A stretch of DNA of 63,298 bases, the filler included, from Basidiobolus meristosporus CBS 931.73 (lineage: Eukaryota > Fungi > Basidiobolomycota): the NCBI GenBank assembly GCA_002104905.1. It is 4 parts of 4 records of this genome, joined end to end, with 100 filler letters (N's around TTAATTAATTAA, not from the genome) between each part and the next. Parts side by side here need not be neighbours in the genome. Positions count along the whole stretch, not along the records: positions 40,040 to 54,691 come from MCFE01001173.1; positions 54,792 to 63,298 come from MCFE01001338.1; 2 more parts are not named here. One strand, written 5' to 3'. The notes under the pieces were generated by a model that ran no database searches, was not told the origin of the DNA, and saw only the letters and a program-made list of their open reading frames with translations. Positions 48,186 to 63,071 of this stretch are shown here, piece after piece; position 1 is the stretch's first letter; the number at the start of each line of letters is the position of its first letter. The translations under genes and the position numbers were made by a program.

Positions 48186-49949
48186 TTCGTGGGCTGTGCT
48201 AAGAAGAACCGAGGCGTTGCTTATAACCAGTGCCGACTAGCTGCTTAAATACTTGTAACCTGTGTCGACCACACCCGCTATGTGTGTTGTTGGTGCTGAG
48301 TTTGGCAGACCCAGACCTTAAATTGGCACTCCAAATATAGAATTTCACTTTTAGAAACCCGACACTTCACCCTTATTGTTCTGTACAGCATTCCATCGCC
48401 ACTTGGCCAATCCATTGGGAATGAAGTTTGTCCTTGACGAATGTGTATTGCCAAACTGAGTGAATTAAACTTTATTTGCCTTAGAGAGCCGCAGGATTTT
48501 TGGGGATAATTCCATTGCCTTTATAGACATCTCCCGTACAATCGAATAACATTGCCTTATTTTGGGCCCGAGGGTCCATTCCATCCAATGGTGTCTCTTC
48601 CTCCGGACGTTTGTGCGTGAGGTTCTTCTGCTCAGGTTGAAGTCGGCACCAACTAAGGCCATGCAAAACAATTTACTAAACGGGATTTGAATCCAATTCA
48701 AGTTGATTTGATTTGGCGATAAGTGGTCGACGAGGTTCACCAACCTGAAGCTTCAAATACTAGACTGAACGACTAGGCACACGAGAGGTGCGAGAGCAGA
48801 AGCTCAGCAGAGCAATGTCAACAATGACTCACTTCTTCCTGACAGCGGGCGGATACTTAATGGGGGTTGAAATTGCATGGTGTGCTCAAGGAATCTCCTT
48901 CGTGCTAGGTGAGCTTTCGTCAAGGATCGGTTTGATTTATCATATGCATCTATCAGCCTGTCAAGATGACCAAGGCTCGGCCGTTTTCGGGCTGAATCAA
49001 TTTATCTTCCATATCGGTGCCTAGTGGGTGAAGGCAGCTTCTTGTTTGAATTCATTACACTAATTCTGCCCTGGAGGGCCTGCGATATGGATTTAAGGTT
49101 CGATAATAAGGTTAATACAAATAGTGAATGCCGATAAGTGGCCACGGAACCAACCAACTTGCTGTCAGGGATGTCCCGATTGCTGATCGATTTCAACGGC
49201 TTCCTAATTAGAGTTGCGATGGTGGTATGATTAGCCCCTTGACGGGAAATCATATATCGTCAGATGTGTGCTGACTGATCTCCCTGGACAGGGTTTGCGG
49301 CAGGTGAATCTAGTCCACATTGGAAATATTCCACTTTTTGGCTAGGTTCAGAGAAATCCGATACATCGATAACACATTATGGACTCCATTCTTATCATGG
49401 TCTAAACAATCAAGCCCAAAGGAGGAATTGAATGATGTAGCCCTAGCCCATGTCGGAGTAAATCGGATGCAGGCTTTGGTTAGATTGGTGCTGCAGACTA
49501 ATCCATGACGTTCAATATTAGTGGTTGCCTACTACGATAGTAGCCATTCCAAATAAAACTCGATGCTCGAGGTGATGAACCCCTTTGTCAGAGTAGAGGT
49601 CGAAAACTCTACCAAATTCGCAACTTCTGGAACCGAAGCTGACCAGGCCTAACCCCGATACCAAACGCTTGAGATTACACAGCCCGATAGGCGGTTGCCT
49701 TCAGTCAGACCGGGCCAGATGTTGGTCATTGCAAGTCATATCGATGCTAACCTAAACAACGCTGCAACTGGATTGAAGTTTCTGAATCATTGTCTGTGGC
49801 TCTTGTTATGTTGGCGTTTTCCAGGTGAGAACTTGTGAAACTTGCATTTTTATTGCTCACAATAACATTGGTAATACAGTCAATGTAGATGGATAATATA
49901 CATTCAATGGTAATCTTGTACAGTAGATGAGAATCAACTCTAGTATATC

Positions 49950-52483
<2,534 letters not shown>

Positions 52484-52799
52484 GGTGTAAGGTGAGACGT
52501 TTCTTGTCTGTAAGATAATTGTTTATATCAAGCATTGTTTTCTTCAAATGCTCCAATTGCTGTGATTGGGCAGCATGATACATAACATAAAAACAGCAAA
52601 TCGTTATTTAAACGGATTTTGAATACCAGTGGAAATGAGATAGATGAATTTTTGGTGACTTCATTGTCCAATAAACTTGCTCCTACATACTTCATTGTTT
52701 ATCACAATTGCTCGCAACATCACTAGGCTTCGACTGTTATTTTTTGCAAAAATTGGTGTTCATAGACTGACCCAAGTCGTTGGGCTTGATTCCTAAATT

Positions 52800-54691
52800 A
52801 TGGAGCAATTCGAAAGCGAGATTTACCAAGAGTATGATGATGTATTGCCACATGACACTTTGCACGACGTCAAGAGAAGACTCGAGGAGCTATCTTACTC
52901 AACAGAGGACTCCTTTCTTGAGGAGATAAACGTGGAGAAACAGCGTATCACAAAATTGAAAGAGCAAGGGACTTCCAACGGGAAACGACGGTTACCAACG
53001 TGGAATGAATTAGAATCTGTACGCCCATCCCTAAAAGTGAACACCTTCCCTTTTCACTTACCCTTCCCAATTCTAGAAACTAGAAGAATATGAAAAACTC
53101 AACTACGATTTGCAACTTCGCGTCCAGTGCATGATGGAATATTTGCACAAGACAAGACCCGAGAGAGTGAAGCAGTTACTATTTGAGGTATGAGGATAAT
53201 TTTCTTGAGTGGTTACAAACTTGGCCTAAGAAAAGCGGTTTCTAGAGTTTCAAGTGGGAGCGTGATAGAAAAACACTAGAAGACGACCTAGCCAAAGCAC
53301 AGAAAGATTTAGAAGAATTTCGAGGAACTCCTACGCAGAAGCAGCTTATTAGAAATCTGACCCACGAAGTCGATAGCCTCAAGACGGATTTGGACATTTA
53401 CAAGGAACAGATAGTTCAACAGGAGCACGAAAAAGACCGCTTGTCAAAAAAATTCGAAGCTGAAACCCAGTTTCTACGGCAAACCGTCGAAAGCCTTGAA
53501 ACCCAAATGCAAAGAACCCAGGCTCAAGTGGAGGACGCGCTTGCACAAAAAACCAAGGCCCAGAAGGAGCTGGAAACACTCAAAGGCCAATACTATAAAG
53601 AATCGAAGCGATTAAACTTGGATCCTGCTCAGCTTCAAGTCATGGACACAGGAGATAAAAAGGTACCGAATACTTTTGGCTGTTCAATCCTGTTTATTTA
53701 TCAAATCCTGACATTTTAACTCACAGTATGTCAACTCCGAATACCCCCCATTCACGCACAAAGCCGGCCTTAAAGGGCCAACGGAAGACAGGACAAATCT
53801 GACAGACAGCGTAAGAGTAATTACTCTATTTGCAGAATTGATTGTTCATGTTCATTGAAATTCTCTGTATGTAGAAGCTTGCCGATGCAAACCAAGGCTA
53901 CAATGACAAGGTTCGCAAGAGGGATGAGCTTTTAGAGACTATATTTCGCCTCATCGAAAGCCTTGATAAGAAAAAAGACGAAGAAAAGGTTGGGCTGGAT
54001 AAGTATCCCTGTTCTCTGCCGTTAGCATACTGACAATTTCACCTATATTTAACGACAGCCCGTAGCCAAGATCGACATCAACTCGGACTTCGAATCATTT
54101 GCCACTGCCTTGGCAGAGAAGTTATACGAACTGATTGATCAAAAGACATTGTACCACCAGCATTTGTCTCACATCAAAGAAGAATGCTTCCTGGGAATCA
54201 GGTAAGCAGTGTGGCCACTGCTTTGCCTGAGCCGCCGCTAATTTTCATTTTATCCAGACTCTTTCTCAAGGCTGTGGAAGAGAGATTGAAGGAAATATAC
54301 ACAACTGACAAGCTCTTTACCAGCGCCGGAGAACTCAAATCAAAATGGCAGAGTTTGATCTCCTTGGTTCAAACGGATATTGAGAAAGTAAAGGTATTAA
54401 GAAGCATGCGACCACATCCAATCCGCCCTGCCCGGAATACTTACTTGGAAAATTAGAAATCATTCATGCAACTGGAACAAACCCATGATACCAGAGAAAG
54501 CAATGCCCAGTGTCCGAAGCCCCAGAAGCATCACGCATCCATAGCTCAAAACTGCCTTACTGTAGATCAGATTGACACGCAGAAGGAGCTTCACCAGGCA
54601 TCGGATCGGATTCGCGAGCTAGAGATCCTGCTAGAAAAAAAAGAGAACTCTTCAAGAGAGGAACAAACAGCCGTGAAAAGGAAGGTTGCTC
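52800..54691 (+). CDS. Coiled-coil protein with N-terminal CM1 (centrosomin/Mto1/CDK5RAP2-type gamma-tubulin receptor) motif; multi-exon, 3' end lost in gap
   Basis: Splicing exon 1 (...RLPTWNELES|GTACG) to the exon at 53077 gives TWNELESKLEEYEKLNYDLQLRVQCMMEYLHKTRPERVKQLL. By recall this matches the CM1 pattern T..E.E..L......N[FY].L.[LI][RK][IV]..L...L....PE in register. Later exons are heptad-rich. Confidence 0.72.
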
Positions 54692-54791
54692 NNNNNNNNN
54701 NNNNNNNNNNNNNNNNNNNNNNNNNNNNNNNNNNNTTAATTAATTAANNNNNNNNNNNNNNNNNNNNNNNNNNNNNNNNNNNNNNNNNNNN
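54692..54791. other. Artificial scaffold linker
   Basis: 44 N + TTAATTAATTAA + 44 N. Confidence 0.97.
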
Positions 54792-55299
54792 ACTGTAACA
54801 AGAATAGAAGGTCAAGAGGGAAGCTTCAGAAGAAAACAAAGGGAACGTACCTCTGCGTGCTATGTAGGTTTTGCCTCTGGCGGGCAACCCTACCATCTAG
54901 AGTAGTAAAACAGGGTTAAATCTAAACAAGCACTTGGTGGCTCGAAGGACTATACCACACAAGCAATGCGTCCAGAACCTAGGCGTAGACGAACATTAGT
55001 AAAAAGTAAATGATTCAGCGGCTATTTCAGCTTCGCTTACCAGCACTTGCTACGAAGGACATTGTGTAAGTATTTTCCCCCCAAAAGATGGATAAAACGC
55101 TGAGATAACCTAATGCTAGATCACGTTACCGCAAACATTAACTGTAGTTAGGAATCAGTCAGGGTCAGAGTCAGGGTGATGGCAGGAGTTGGCTTTCCAA
55201 ATACACTTTCCAAATACGGTACACAAACCGTCCAAAATGAATATTTGAAACCGGCTACTATATTCGTTCACCACATCAATTAATTATTAAACCTGATAA

Positions 55300-55373
55300 T
55301 CTCCACTTGTAGCGTTACATTATTAGCACTCTCCACTTGTAGCGTTACATTATTAGCACTCTCCACTTGTAGC
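55300..55373. repeat. Perfect 30-bp tandem repeat, ~2.4 copies (CTCCACTTGTAGCGTTACATTATTAGCACT)
   Basis: Directly visible; units start at 55301, 55331 and 55361. Confidence 0.95.
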
Positions 55374-55419
55374 ACCTGGTTATCCAGTGCCTTGCTTGTT
55401 ATATTCATATGAGTATCTA

Positions 55420-57600
55420 AAACTTGCCTACTGCCATTCCTTGCACAAATGCTCTTGGGGTCTTCCTAAGCATATTTCACATGCTTGTTTTGCCAAGTCC
55501 AGGAAAAAGTATCAATGCTGCTTTTACATTCAATAGATCATTAAGTGAAAACTGTTGCAAATGTTATAATTACACTCAAATACTCACCTAACTTGGTCAC
55601 TTATATCATTACCTGAAAATCTTGGAGAATTCTGACCAAATTCCTTGTTGGGACTTGAAATATTTTCACCAAAATGCCAGGTACCCAGATCATGAGATTT
55701 TGTTAAGTTGTCCAAGCAGCCCCGAGCTTTGTGCACATGCTCTTGAGACCTTCCTCAACATATTCTACATGTTTGTCTCTCTAAGACCATGTAAATGAGT
55801 AAATACTACTTTTACATTCAATATATTACTAAGTGAAAATCACATAATCTACTTGTTCTCCCATTCACTTCTAATATCTCCAAAGCTCTGCATCTACAAC
55901 AAACCACTCATATACTGTAAGTTTCTACTTAACTTACTACTAGGTGATGAATTCTAAACCTAACACCTAGTTTGCAAGATATTGGCTAATTCTTGGAATT
56001 AGGGAAGGCATGCAAGTTATCAATACTCTCAAGTCCATTGAAAGGTGTCAAGGCTTTGGACAGCTTCCTAAAGCCTTTTGCAAAGCATTCACATTACTAG
56101 TCTTACAAAGCATTCCTACATGCACAAGCACTGTATCTGACCTCAGTAAAACCAAGTGCTTATTTTGTGGCTCTTATTATTCTCTAAATGGATGTAAGAG
56201 TTTTGGAGATATCAGAAGCAACTGGGAGAACAAGTAGATTAATATTTGGTATACTCTAAATGATTTGCTGAAAGCAAAAGCTATTTGGAATGCACTAAAT
56301 GTCTCATCCAATGTAGGAGTGGTATAAATGACACAACATAGTCCTGGCAAAATCAGCATTTAGAATATGCTGAGAAAGGTCCTAAGATCATGTGTGCAAT
56401 GTTTAGGGCTATGTGGACAGCTTTGAAGCTTTTCATGCTATTTTAGTACTATATCATGTGGTAAATTTTGTAATTGGGCTTGACTATTCACATAGCTTAG
56501 TCATTTGGATCAAAGTCTGCAACCCTAGAGTAATGTGCCCAAATTCCTTGTTGGGATTTACTTGGAATATTTCCACTAAAATATCATGCACCCAGAAAAT
56601 TAGAAATCTCAAAGTTGTCCAAACTGCACCAAACCTTCCATAAATGCTCTTGGTATCTTCCTAAGCATACCCAACATATTTGCATTGCCAAGAGCATGTA
56701 AAAGTATTAACACTATTTCTACATTAAATGTATCATTGAGGGGAAGCCACATAAGCTACTGGTTCTCCCAACCACCTCCAATAGCTCCAAAACTCTTATA
56801 GCATATTTGATGTATATTCCTACAAAAAGTTCAGGCACTATACTCTAGAGTTTGTATACTTTGATCCAAATAACAAAGCAATGTGCATATTGAAGTGTAA
56901 TTACTAAATCTGCAGCACTGAATACTTATAACATATTGCCTCCCTAACAAATACTCTACTAAGCTAACTTTATCATAATCACTGGCATAATATTCTAAGT
57001 TTTGATAACAATACTAAGATGTTCACTTACTCTGGTCTTGTAGATCATGGTCTATAATGCTTGGAGAGCCCTATCTGGACTCCCAGTCTGAATTTTGCTG
57101 GATACCACAATGAAATACCAGGTGTCCAGTACATGCATAAGTGTCAAAATTGTCCAAGTAGCTGCATATTTAGCACATATGTTGTCAAAACCTTTGATAG
57201 GTAAGCTCTACTGTCAGAGCTTTGAGAGTATAGCAGGCAATCTTGAAAACAAGTAGAATTAAGGTTTTATATAGTGATTTATTGAATGTAAAAGTAATAT
57301 ATATACTTTTACATGGTGATTGATAGAGAAGCACAAAGAACATGCACAGGAAGATCCCAAGACTATATGTGCAATGTTGGGGCTATTTGGGCTACCTTGC
57401 AACACTAGTTGCTCCAAGCACCTAATGTCTTGGTGAAAATATTCTGAGCAGATCCCAACAAGGGATTTGGCCAGAATTCTCCAAGGTTTGTAGACTTTGA
57501 TCTCAGTGACCTTGATAGATGAATCTTTAGGTGTGACTACAAAGTTCTCATGATATTCTCTGTGCTTATTCTGCCATGACCATATAAAGATACTTATTTT
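55420..57600. repeat. Cluster of unclassified ~250-300 bp dispersed repeat copies (family E) in both orientations
   Basis: Shared cores ccaaattccttgttggga, agttgtccaa, atgctcttg.g..cttcct.a.cata and tacatt.aat at ~55450, 55630, 56530; inverted copies at ~56330 and 57330-57500. Confidence 0.65.
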
Positions 57601-58848
57601 GCCTTCAAAAGATGATTGAGTGAGTACCACATAATACACTTGCTCTCAGAGTCACTTCTGATATCATCAAATCTCTTTTAACACCTAATCCACCTTTGGT
57701 TGTTAGAATTAAATGCTCATTAATGTAAGATATGTTAGAAAATATAGCAGTCATACTGCTAGCCTGGCACTTTAAGCTACCCTTTCCACACAATACAATG
57801 AATAAATCATATGTAAGTTCAGTACCAAGCAGAATAATTGACACTATTGGGGCAGGTGCAGCTAAACAATAACTTCCTCCTTAAAGCCCCTGGTATATAT
57901 ATGAGCAAGATTGCAAATACCCCAACTGTAGCACACATAATAACTTTGCATAGCAGTTTAACTAATGCTGGTATATTTATGGCACTTGACACTCTCATAT
58001 TTGCTTGAAGCTGCAGTAGGCCATGAGGGGGAAGCCAAGCCATTTTACAGATTAATTCCACTCACTTGGGCATACTGTTGCATGGCCAAAAAAAGCCAAA
58101 ATACTCCAAACAACCTGTGGATATTTAACAGGGGTGATGCTCAGCCCTGCAACAATGCCAGTAGAGTTATGGATTTTAAGTAGACCACTAGAGGCAGCCA
58201 ACTTAGGCTCAGATAATTGAACTTGCCCAACATAGCATGTGGAACATGATTTTAAGAAGTTGCAATTGCAAAGGACACCTCTCACTGCACTCTATTGCTA
58301 GAACCAAATGTTCCAAGAGCCTGTGAGTAGAATGCTACCAGTTATTTATCCAATACTATATTGTAAGAGTCAGCGAGTATAAAGCAGAGTACTTATTAGA
58401 TAATAAACACACAACATAATCATTTGTTTCTTTAGAATTATACTAAAAGGCTGAAAAGTAGAGGATTTCGGGTGGTCCCCTTCAGATTGGTTGATATGTT
58501 GCTTGTAGCGGCCCAAAGTAAAGAGCCATAAGTTTATAGAAGGGTTGATGGCAAATCCTCAGCTAACATTAACGCTACTATGCCAGTAACATGGGGACTA
58601 GCCGTACTGCTGACAAAGCATTAGCAGGTTATCTAAGGTTGCTCATTTTTATTGAGACTTGGCAATCGACTGTTACTCAATAGAACATCTTATAATTACT
58701 ACTGACTTGTGCTGTACCATCACTGTAGCTACAAATAGGACTCAAAAGTGGCGGGATTTATGGCCATTGCGGATCCATCATTGCCAAAAGCCACTATGAT
58801 GCCTTTGCCATTCATGAGGTCATAAGTACAAATATAATGAAGGAATCA

Positions 58849-58901
58849 ATCAAGCCCAAATCGGAGTTGATCAAGCCCAAATCGGAGTTAATCATGCCCA
58901 A
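58849..58901. repeat. 21-bp tandem repeat, ~2.5 copies (ATCAAGCCCAAATCGGAGTTR)
   Basis: Directly visible. Confidence 0.9.
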
Positions 58902-59037
58902 CCTAATCCACGACATCTGTAGTATATTCCAAATTATCATGGGCTTTCGTCCACTTGTGTTACAACGAAGTATAGCAGTTTGTTCGGGAACATAACTGTA
59001 GTAATATAAATGCATTGTCCCTCACCAGTATTGCAGT

Positions 59038-59745
59038 ATGCGCACTCATCAAGTTGTATCCTCTTTTAGGAAATCGCGGCTATACGTCTTTACTGCCATT
59101 GTCATTGTTATCGCTACCACTGTGATCTTATTGGCATCTTCGTCTAACATAAGCGTTGAGCTACGTAAAGCGCTAGGTAGAGCAGATCCAAATTGGGATA
59201 TTTGCGACAAGGGATCAGCTTCCGGCTGGAATAAGTCTATAGTGGTTTTAAACGGCAGACCTGAGTGGAATGGAGACTCCTGGAGTGACTTCAACGTTAC
59301 ACTATACAACCCAACTGCAGATTATCTTCACAAGGATATAGATCTTAGCTGGCCCTCTAGGGTCCTTAACACGTATGCAATAATGTTCAATCAACAACTG
59401 AAGTTGAGTGCAGAGGACTACTTTGTCTTTATCGAGGATGACGTGATATTGACCGACAAGCAGAGGTTTATCATGGAAATTGAATGTTGGCTGGCCAGGT
59501 ATTCCACTGAAGCTGATCTGGATTTTTACTCGCTTTTCAATGCTGACACCGCACACTCGATATACGACTGGGGCACACAGGCGTTCGTTATATCCAGGAA
59601 AGGCCTAGTCCAGCTGTTGAACAACTATTATAAGGGCAAAGTACATCTTCCCATCGACATGTACTTCTCCATGACAAACAAAAGGTACAAGACAAAGGTT
59701 AAGATTGTCAACCATGTAGGATCTAGATACAAGCCTATCTGGTAA
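59038..59745 (+). CDS. Type II membrane glycosyltransferase family 25-like protein (235 aa), intronless; last intact gene before the telomere
   Basis: N-terminal anchor LYVFTAIVIVIATTVILLAS; FVFIEDDVIL (xEDD); WGTQAFVISRKGLVQLL and LPIDMYF, matching the GT25 GT.AY.IS..GA..LL...P.D pattern. Confidence 0.65.
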   Translation: MRTHQVVSSFRKSRLYVFTAIVIVIATTVILLASSSNISVELRKALGRADPNWDICDKGSASGWNKSIVVLNGRPEWNGDSWSDFNVTLYNPTADYLHKDIDLSWPSRVLNTYAIMFNQQLKLSAEDYFVFIEDDVILTDKQRFIMEIECWLARYSTEADLDFYSLFNADTAHSIYDWGTQAFVISRKGLVQLLNNYYKGKVHLPIDMYFSMTNKRYKTKVKIVNHVGSRYKPIW

Positions 59746-61179
59746 CTTAATAAAGAACGGTTCGATTTCTCGTATATTTTAAACGCCGTAATGTTTGATT
59801 TGTGAGAACAAGTATTGTAGATATAGATCGGTGTTTGTATCTCCACGATTAAAACTGGCAATTTCTCCCTCACACCCTGATTTAGCAGTGTATTCTCATC
59901 TTGCGGAGAGATCCATCATCCAAATGTTACATAGAGTTGCATTCTAATCAATACAAAGCATATCTTGAAGTCTAGACATTGTCCCAACACCTGAATAAAC
60001 TGGTAGTTTTGAGTACGATTAAAAGATGTGCTACTCAATTTGTACACCATTGCTGATTTTGCATGCAATTTGTATGGAAGATTCCACGGTGCAACCCTGC
60101 ACTGAAGGTAAGCAAGTGATGGGTGGAACCAAAGTGCTATGTTGATTATTGTAATTGTGGAGAAAAAACTGTGTCATAAGATCATAACCAAGTGAAATGC
60201 AAAGCTGAGTGGCAGTTTTATTAAGCTTCTTCACAATATTTTGGACTAGATTAGAGATAGTCAGCATTTATGTCATAATATATCCTGAGATAATATCTTG
60301 GTTAACTGGAAGTCAGAGATCAAGTCTGAAACAGATGCTTAGCACTGAAATGTGTTGCAAAAGGAATCAACTCTACTATATTATGTGAAAGAACAGCACT
60401 AGCAAAAATTTGGATGGAACATTGAATTTATTGATATTATCACAATAACTGGGAAATCTATATATTCTGGAGAGCTGTTAAATGAGTATTTCTGCTAGGT
60501 TTGATATTTGATTCTTGCTTACATTTTCAACTAATGCTCCATGGGAAAATTATTTGAAGCCATATAAAAAAATTGCCAATTGTTGGCTATCCATCAATAC
60601 ATGGTTACTATTTCAGTATGCTTGAGTAGCTCAATTGTCTCTATCATAAAATGCTTAGGATAGGCTATTGAAAGCTATACCTTGTATGGTCTGATGCTTA
60701 TAATGTATCACTTGATAGTTAGCGCACTTGTATATTGCAAGCCATATTTGGGGTTGGGGGGAAATATCAAAAACTAGTGAAACCTCTGTATCAGCTGAAG
60801 CAAAGAAGCCAGAACTACTGTTGTAGGCTTGATACAGTGTATGTAGATGAATGAACTTGGTAGGTACATTAATGAGAAGAAATGCAACTCTTTAATACTG
60901 AAGATGCTGTTCAGAGGGAAGAGAGCATAGCAGAAATGGTAAGTATGAGTTGTCATTAACATCAATAAGGTGAGCATGATATGGGTTGCTATTGATCACA
61001 AAGACAGTGTATTGCATCTGATACTGCTGCCAAAGGTCTGTCAAATACTTCTTGTAGGTCAACCATATCTTTTCTGACTGCAGACAATAGTGCACAAGAT
61101 TCCTTACTTTAGGGTCTCTAAGCAGAAATCACCAGAAGGAATTGTTGTAGAAATTTGTAAATCCACTTGAATATTCCCA

Positions 61180-61500
61180 TAACTTAGTCACTTGGAACAT
61201 TACCTACAAATCTTGGTAAATCCTTACCAAATTCCTTGTCTGGATTGAGTGAAAATTTGTTTACCAAAACTTCAGGTAATCAGAAAAAAGAGGTTTCAAA
61301 CTTGCCCAAGCAGCTCCAAACTTTGCACACATGCTTGTGAACCTTTCTAAATATACTCTATGGGTTTGTTTTGCCAATACCACATAGAAGTATCAATACC
61401 ACTTTTAAATTCAGTATATCATAAAGTGAAGCCACATAATCTACTTGTTCTTCAAATCACTTCTGATATCTCAACAACTCATACAACAGGCTATGCACCT
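61180..61500 (+). repeat. Additional family E repeat copy
   Basis: ccaaattccttgtctgga...cttgcccaagcagctc...gccacataatctacttgttct, homologous to 55600-55890. Confidence 0.65.
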
Positions 61501-61549
61501 TAGGCTGCAACTCTCTGCAATCTCTACCACTGCTATTACTGGAATTTTT

Positions 61550-61960
61550 CCCTTTGCTGAAAATTTGGATAGATCTAACTACCAAGTTTGGAAGGTGAAG
61601 ATGAAATGCTGCTACAGGAATGAGGCCTTTGGGCTATTGCTAAGGGAGAAGAATGCCCTCCTAAAAGCATAGAAGTGGAAGTCTTAAATTACTAGTGGGA
61701 AGAACAAAGTGCCTCTGACTGCATTTGCCCTGATGTTATAGAAAAATTGCTAATTTAATACTCATGAGTAAAAGTAGCAAAAATCACACTGGAAGACATC
61801 AGAAGACACCTACAAATTCTTCAGCTGGTAAAAAGCTGTTTCTTAAATGAATATTTTGTACTGCATAGATGGTACTAACTGTTGTTTACAAGAGAAAAGC
61901 ATAATAAAACTCTTGACTGTTTCCACTGGACCAAAGAGAAAATTAAGTGCCAAATCTCAG
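61550..61960 (+). mobile_element. Ty1/copia gag relic
   Basis: LDRSNYQVWKVKM... followed, after a frameshift, by LQE*GLWAIAKGEECPP: the copia gag N-terminal L...NY..WK..M...L...LW..V.G.E..P pattern. Confidence 0.7.
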
Positions 61961-62513
61961 AATTGTCAGTGGGTGGCAGAAATATTAGCAGAAAGATTCT
62001 GGTGGAATATTAGTCTAAAATATACCTAGTCTTAGCTATAAAGGCAACAGATCTGGTTTGCTAAGCGGGCTAGGGTAGGTGTTTGTGAGAGTGCTAGATA
62101 TGCTAGGCTTGAGTACAAACAAGAGCAGAATTGTTTAATTCTTATTTTTACTGAGACACAATCTTAATTTTATTGAGAGACTAACTAGACCAAAAGGTTC
62201 AGTAAATTGTATGCATATTTCTCTGATCAAGCTGAATTAGTACACTTTATCAGATTGGATTAGTTGAAAGCAATTTGGGTGCTGATAGGTGCATCAGATA
62301 AGTAGGATTGCATCATCAGTCAGCTGAAATACTGGCAGCTGCTCAATGGTTGAATAGTTCTTAGATGACTAATCACTTGGAAAGGCTTAGCAGATTGGTT
62401 GATGATGTAATGACCACATCAAAGTTAATAAAGTGTGGCAACTGATAATAAATTCCAAGATAGGATAAAGTATTCTGTAAGATTCTTGGAGATATTGGAA
62501 GTTATTAGGAGAA

Positions 62514-62550
62514 TAAGGGTTAGGGTTAGGGTTAGGGTTAGGGTTTAGGG
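62514..62550 (+). repeat. Interstitial telomeric tract: TAAGGG (TTAGGG)4 TTTAGGG
   Basis: Directly visible, same orientation as the terminal array, ~520 bp inside it. Confidence 0.95.
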
Positions 62551-62627
62551 GGAGGAAAGTCACCAAGTGGTGAAATCTTTATTTACTTATGACAAGTATC
62601 TAAAGAAGCCATGTTAATCTGAAGTAA

Positions 62628-62772
62628 TTCCTAGAAAGCTAGGTCTGAGAGATATCTTCCTGGTGAGCCAGGTCTGAGAGTTGAGAAGCTGAGTGGTACT
62701 GTATTTCCTAGTTAGCTAGGTCTGAGAGAGGTTTCCTGGAAAGCCAGGCCTGAGAAGTGAGAATTTGAGTAT
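62628..62772. repeat. Diverged 77-bp tandem duplication in the terminal module
   Basis: ttcctag..agctaggtctgagaga...ttcctgg..agccagg.ctgaga starts at 62628 and again at 62705. Confidence 0.8.
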
Positions 62773-62994
62773 TTCTTGGGTGGGTTGTACTGATTTGCGG
62801 TAGCTGAATTGTGGCCGGAATGGCCAGTAGACTGGGGGAACTGAGAGGAATTTCTGGGCGATCTCTGGCCATATTTACTAGGCAAATCTGACCAATTAGC
62901 ATTTCAAGGATTTCAGCCAATCAGAGCCTTTACTTTGCCCGATGGTTGATCAAGCCATCTCCCAATGAGCACACATCAATTTATTAATTAAATT

Positions 62995-63060
62995 TTGCTG
63001 GATCCAGGATTTGAACCCACAACCATGGATATGGAAGGGTTAGGGATAACCACAAGGCTA
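62995..63060 (-). other. tRNA-like A-box/B-box pair (pseudo-tRNA or SINE head) next to the telomere
   Basis: Minus strand TAGCCTTGTGG (A box, from 63060) and GGTTCAAATCC (B box) start 43 nt apart. No complete cloverleaf. Confidence 0.45.
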
Positions 63061-63071
63061 AGTGTTCTTGG

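Noticed and set aside
48400-49740. Short ORFs between the ALMT/FUSC gene and katanin
   Set aside because: No motifs, no consistent frame or splice pattern; treated as intergenic/UTR.
49747-49949. Long C-terminal extension of katanin suggested by ORF 49747-50259
   Set aside because: It is read-through of an intron (GTAATG...CTAAC...CAG). Splicing gives the normal short end EYGSA*.
54792-55010. Possible continuation of the CM1 gene after the gap
   Set aside because: CpG-retaining and lysine/arginine-rich, but no convincing exon structure could be built and contiguity across the linker is unknown.
55300-55373. 30-bp direct repeats resembling a CRISPR array
   Set aside because: Units are head-to-tail with no spacers, there are no cas genes, and the context is eukaryotic.
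55440-55520. GLGKTSM on the minus strand resembling a Walker A motif
   Set aside because: Followed at once by a stop, and not conserved in frame in other family E copies.
58812-59015. Minus-strand ORF with INSDLGL repeats
   Set aside because: By-product of a 21-bp tandem repeat; no homology or other support.
62030-62418. Possible minus-strand LTR ending ...ACCACA
   Set aside because: Only one terminus is recognisable; no TSD or partner copy in the window.
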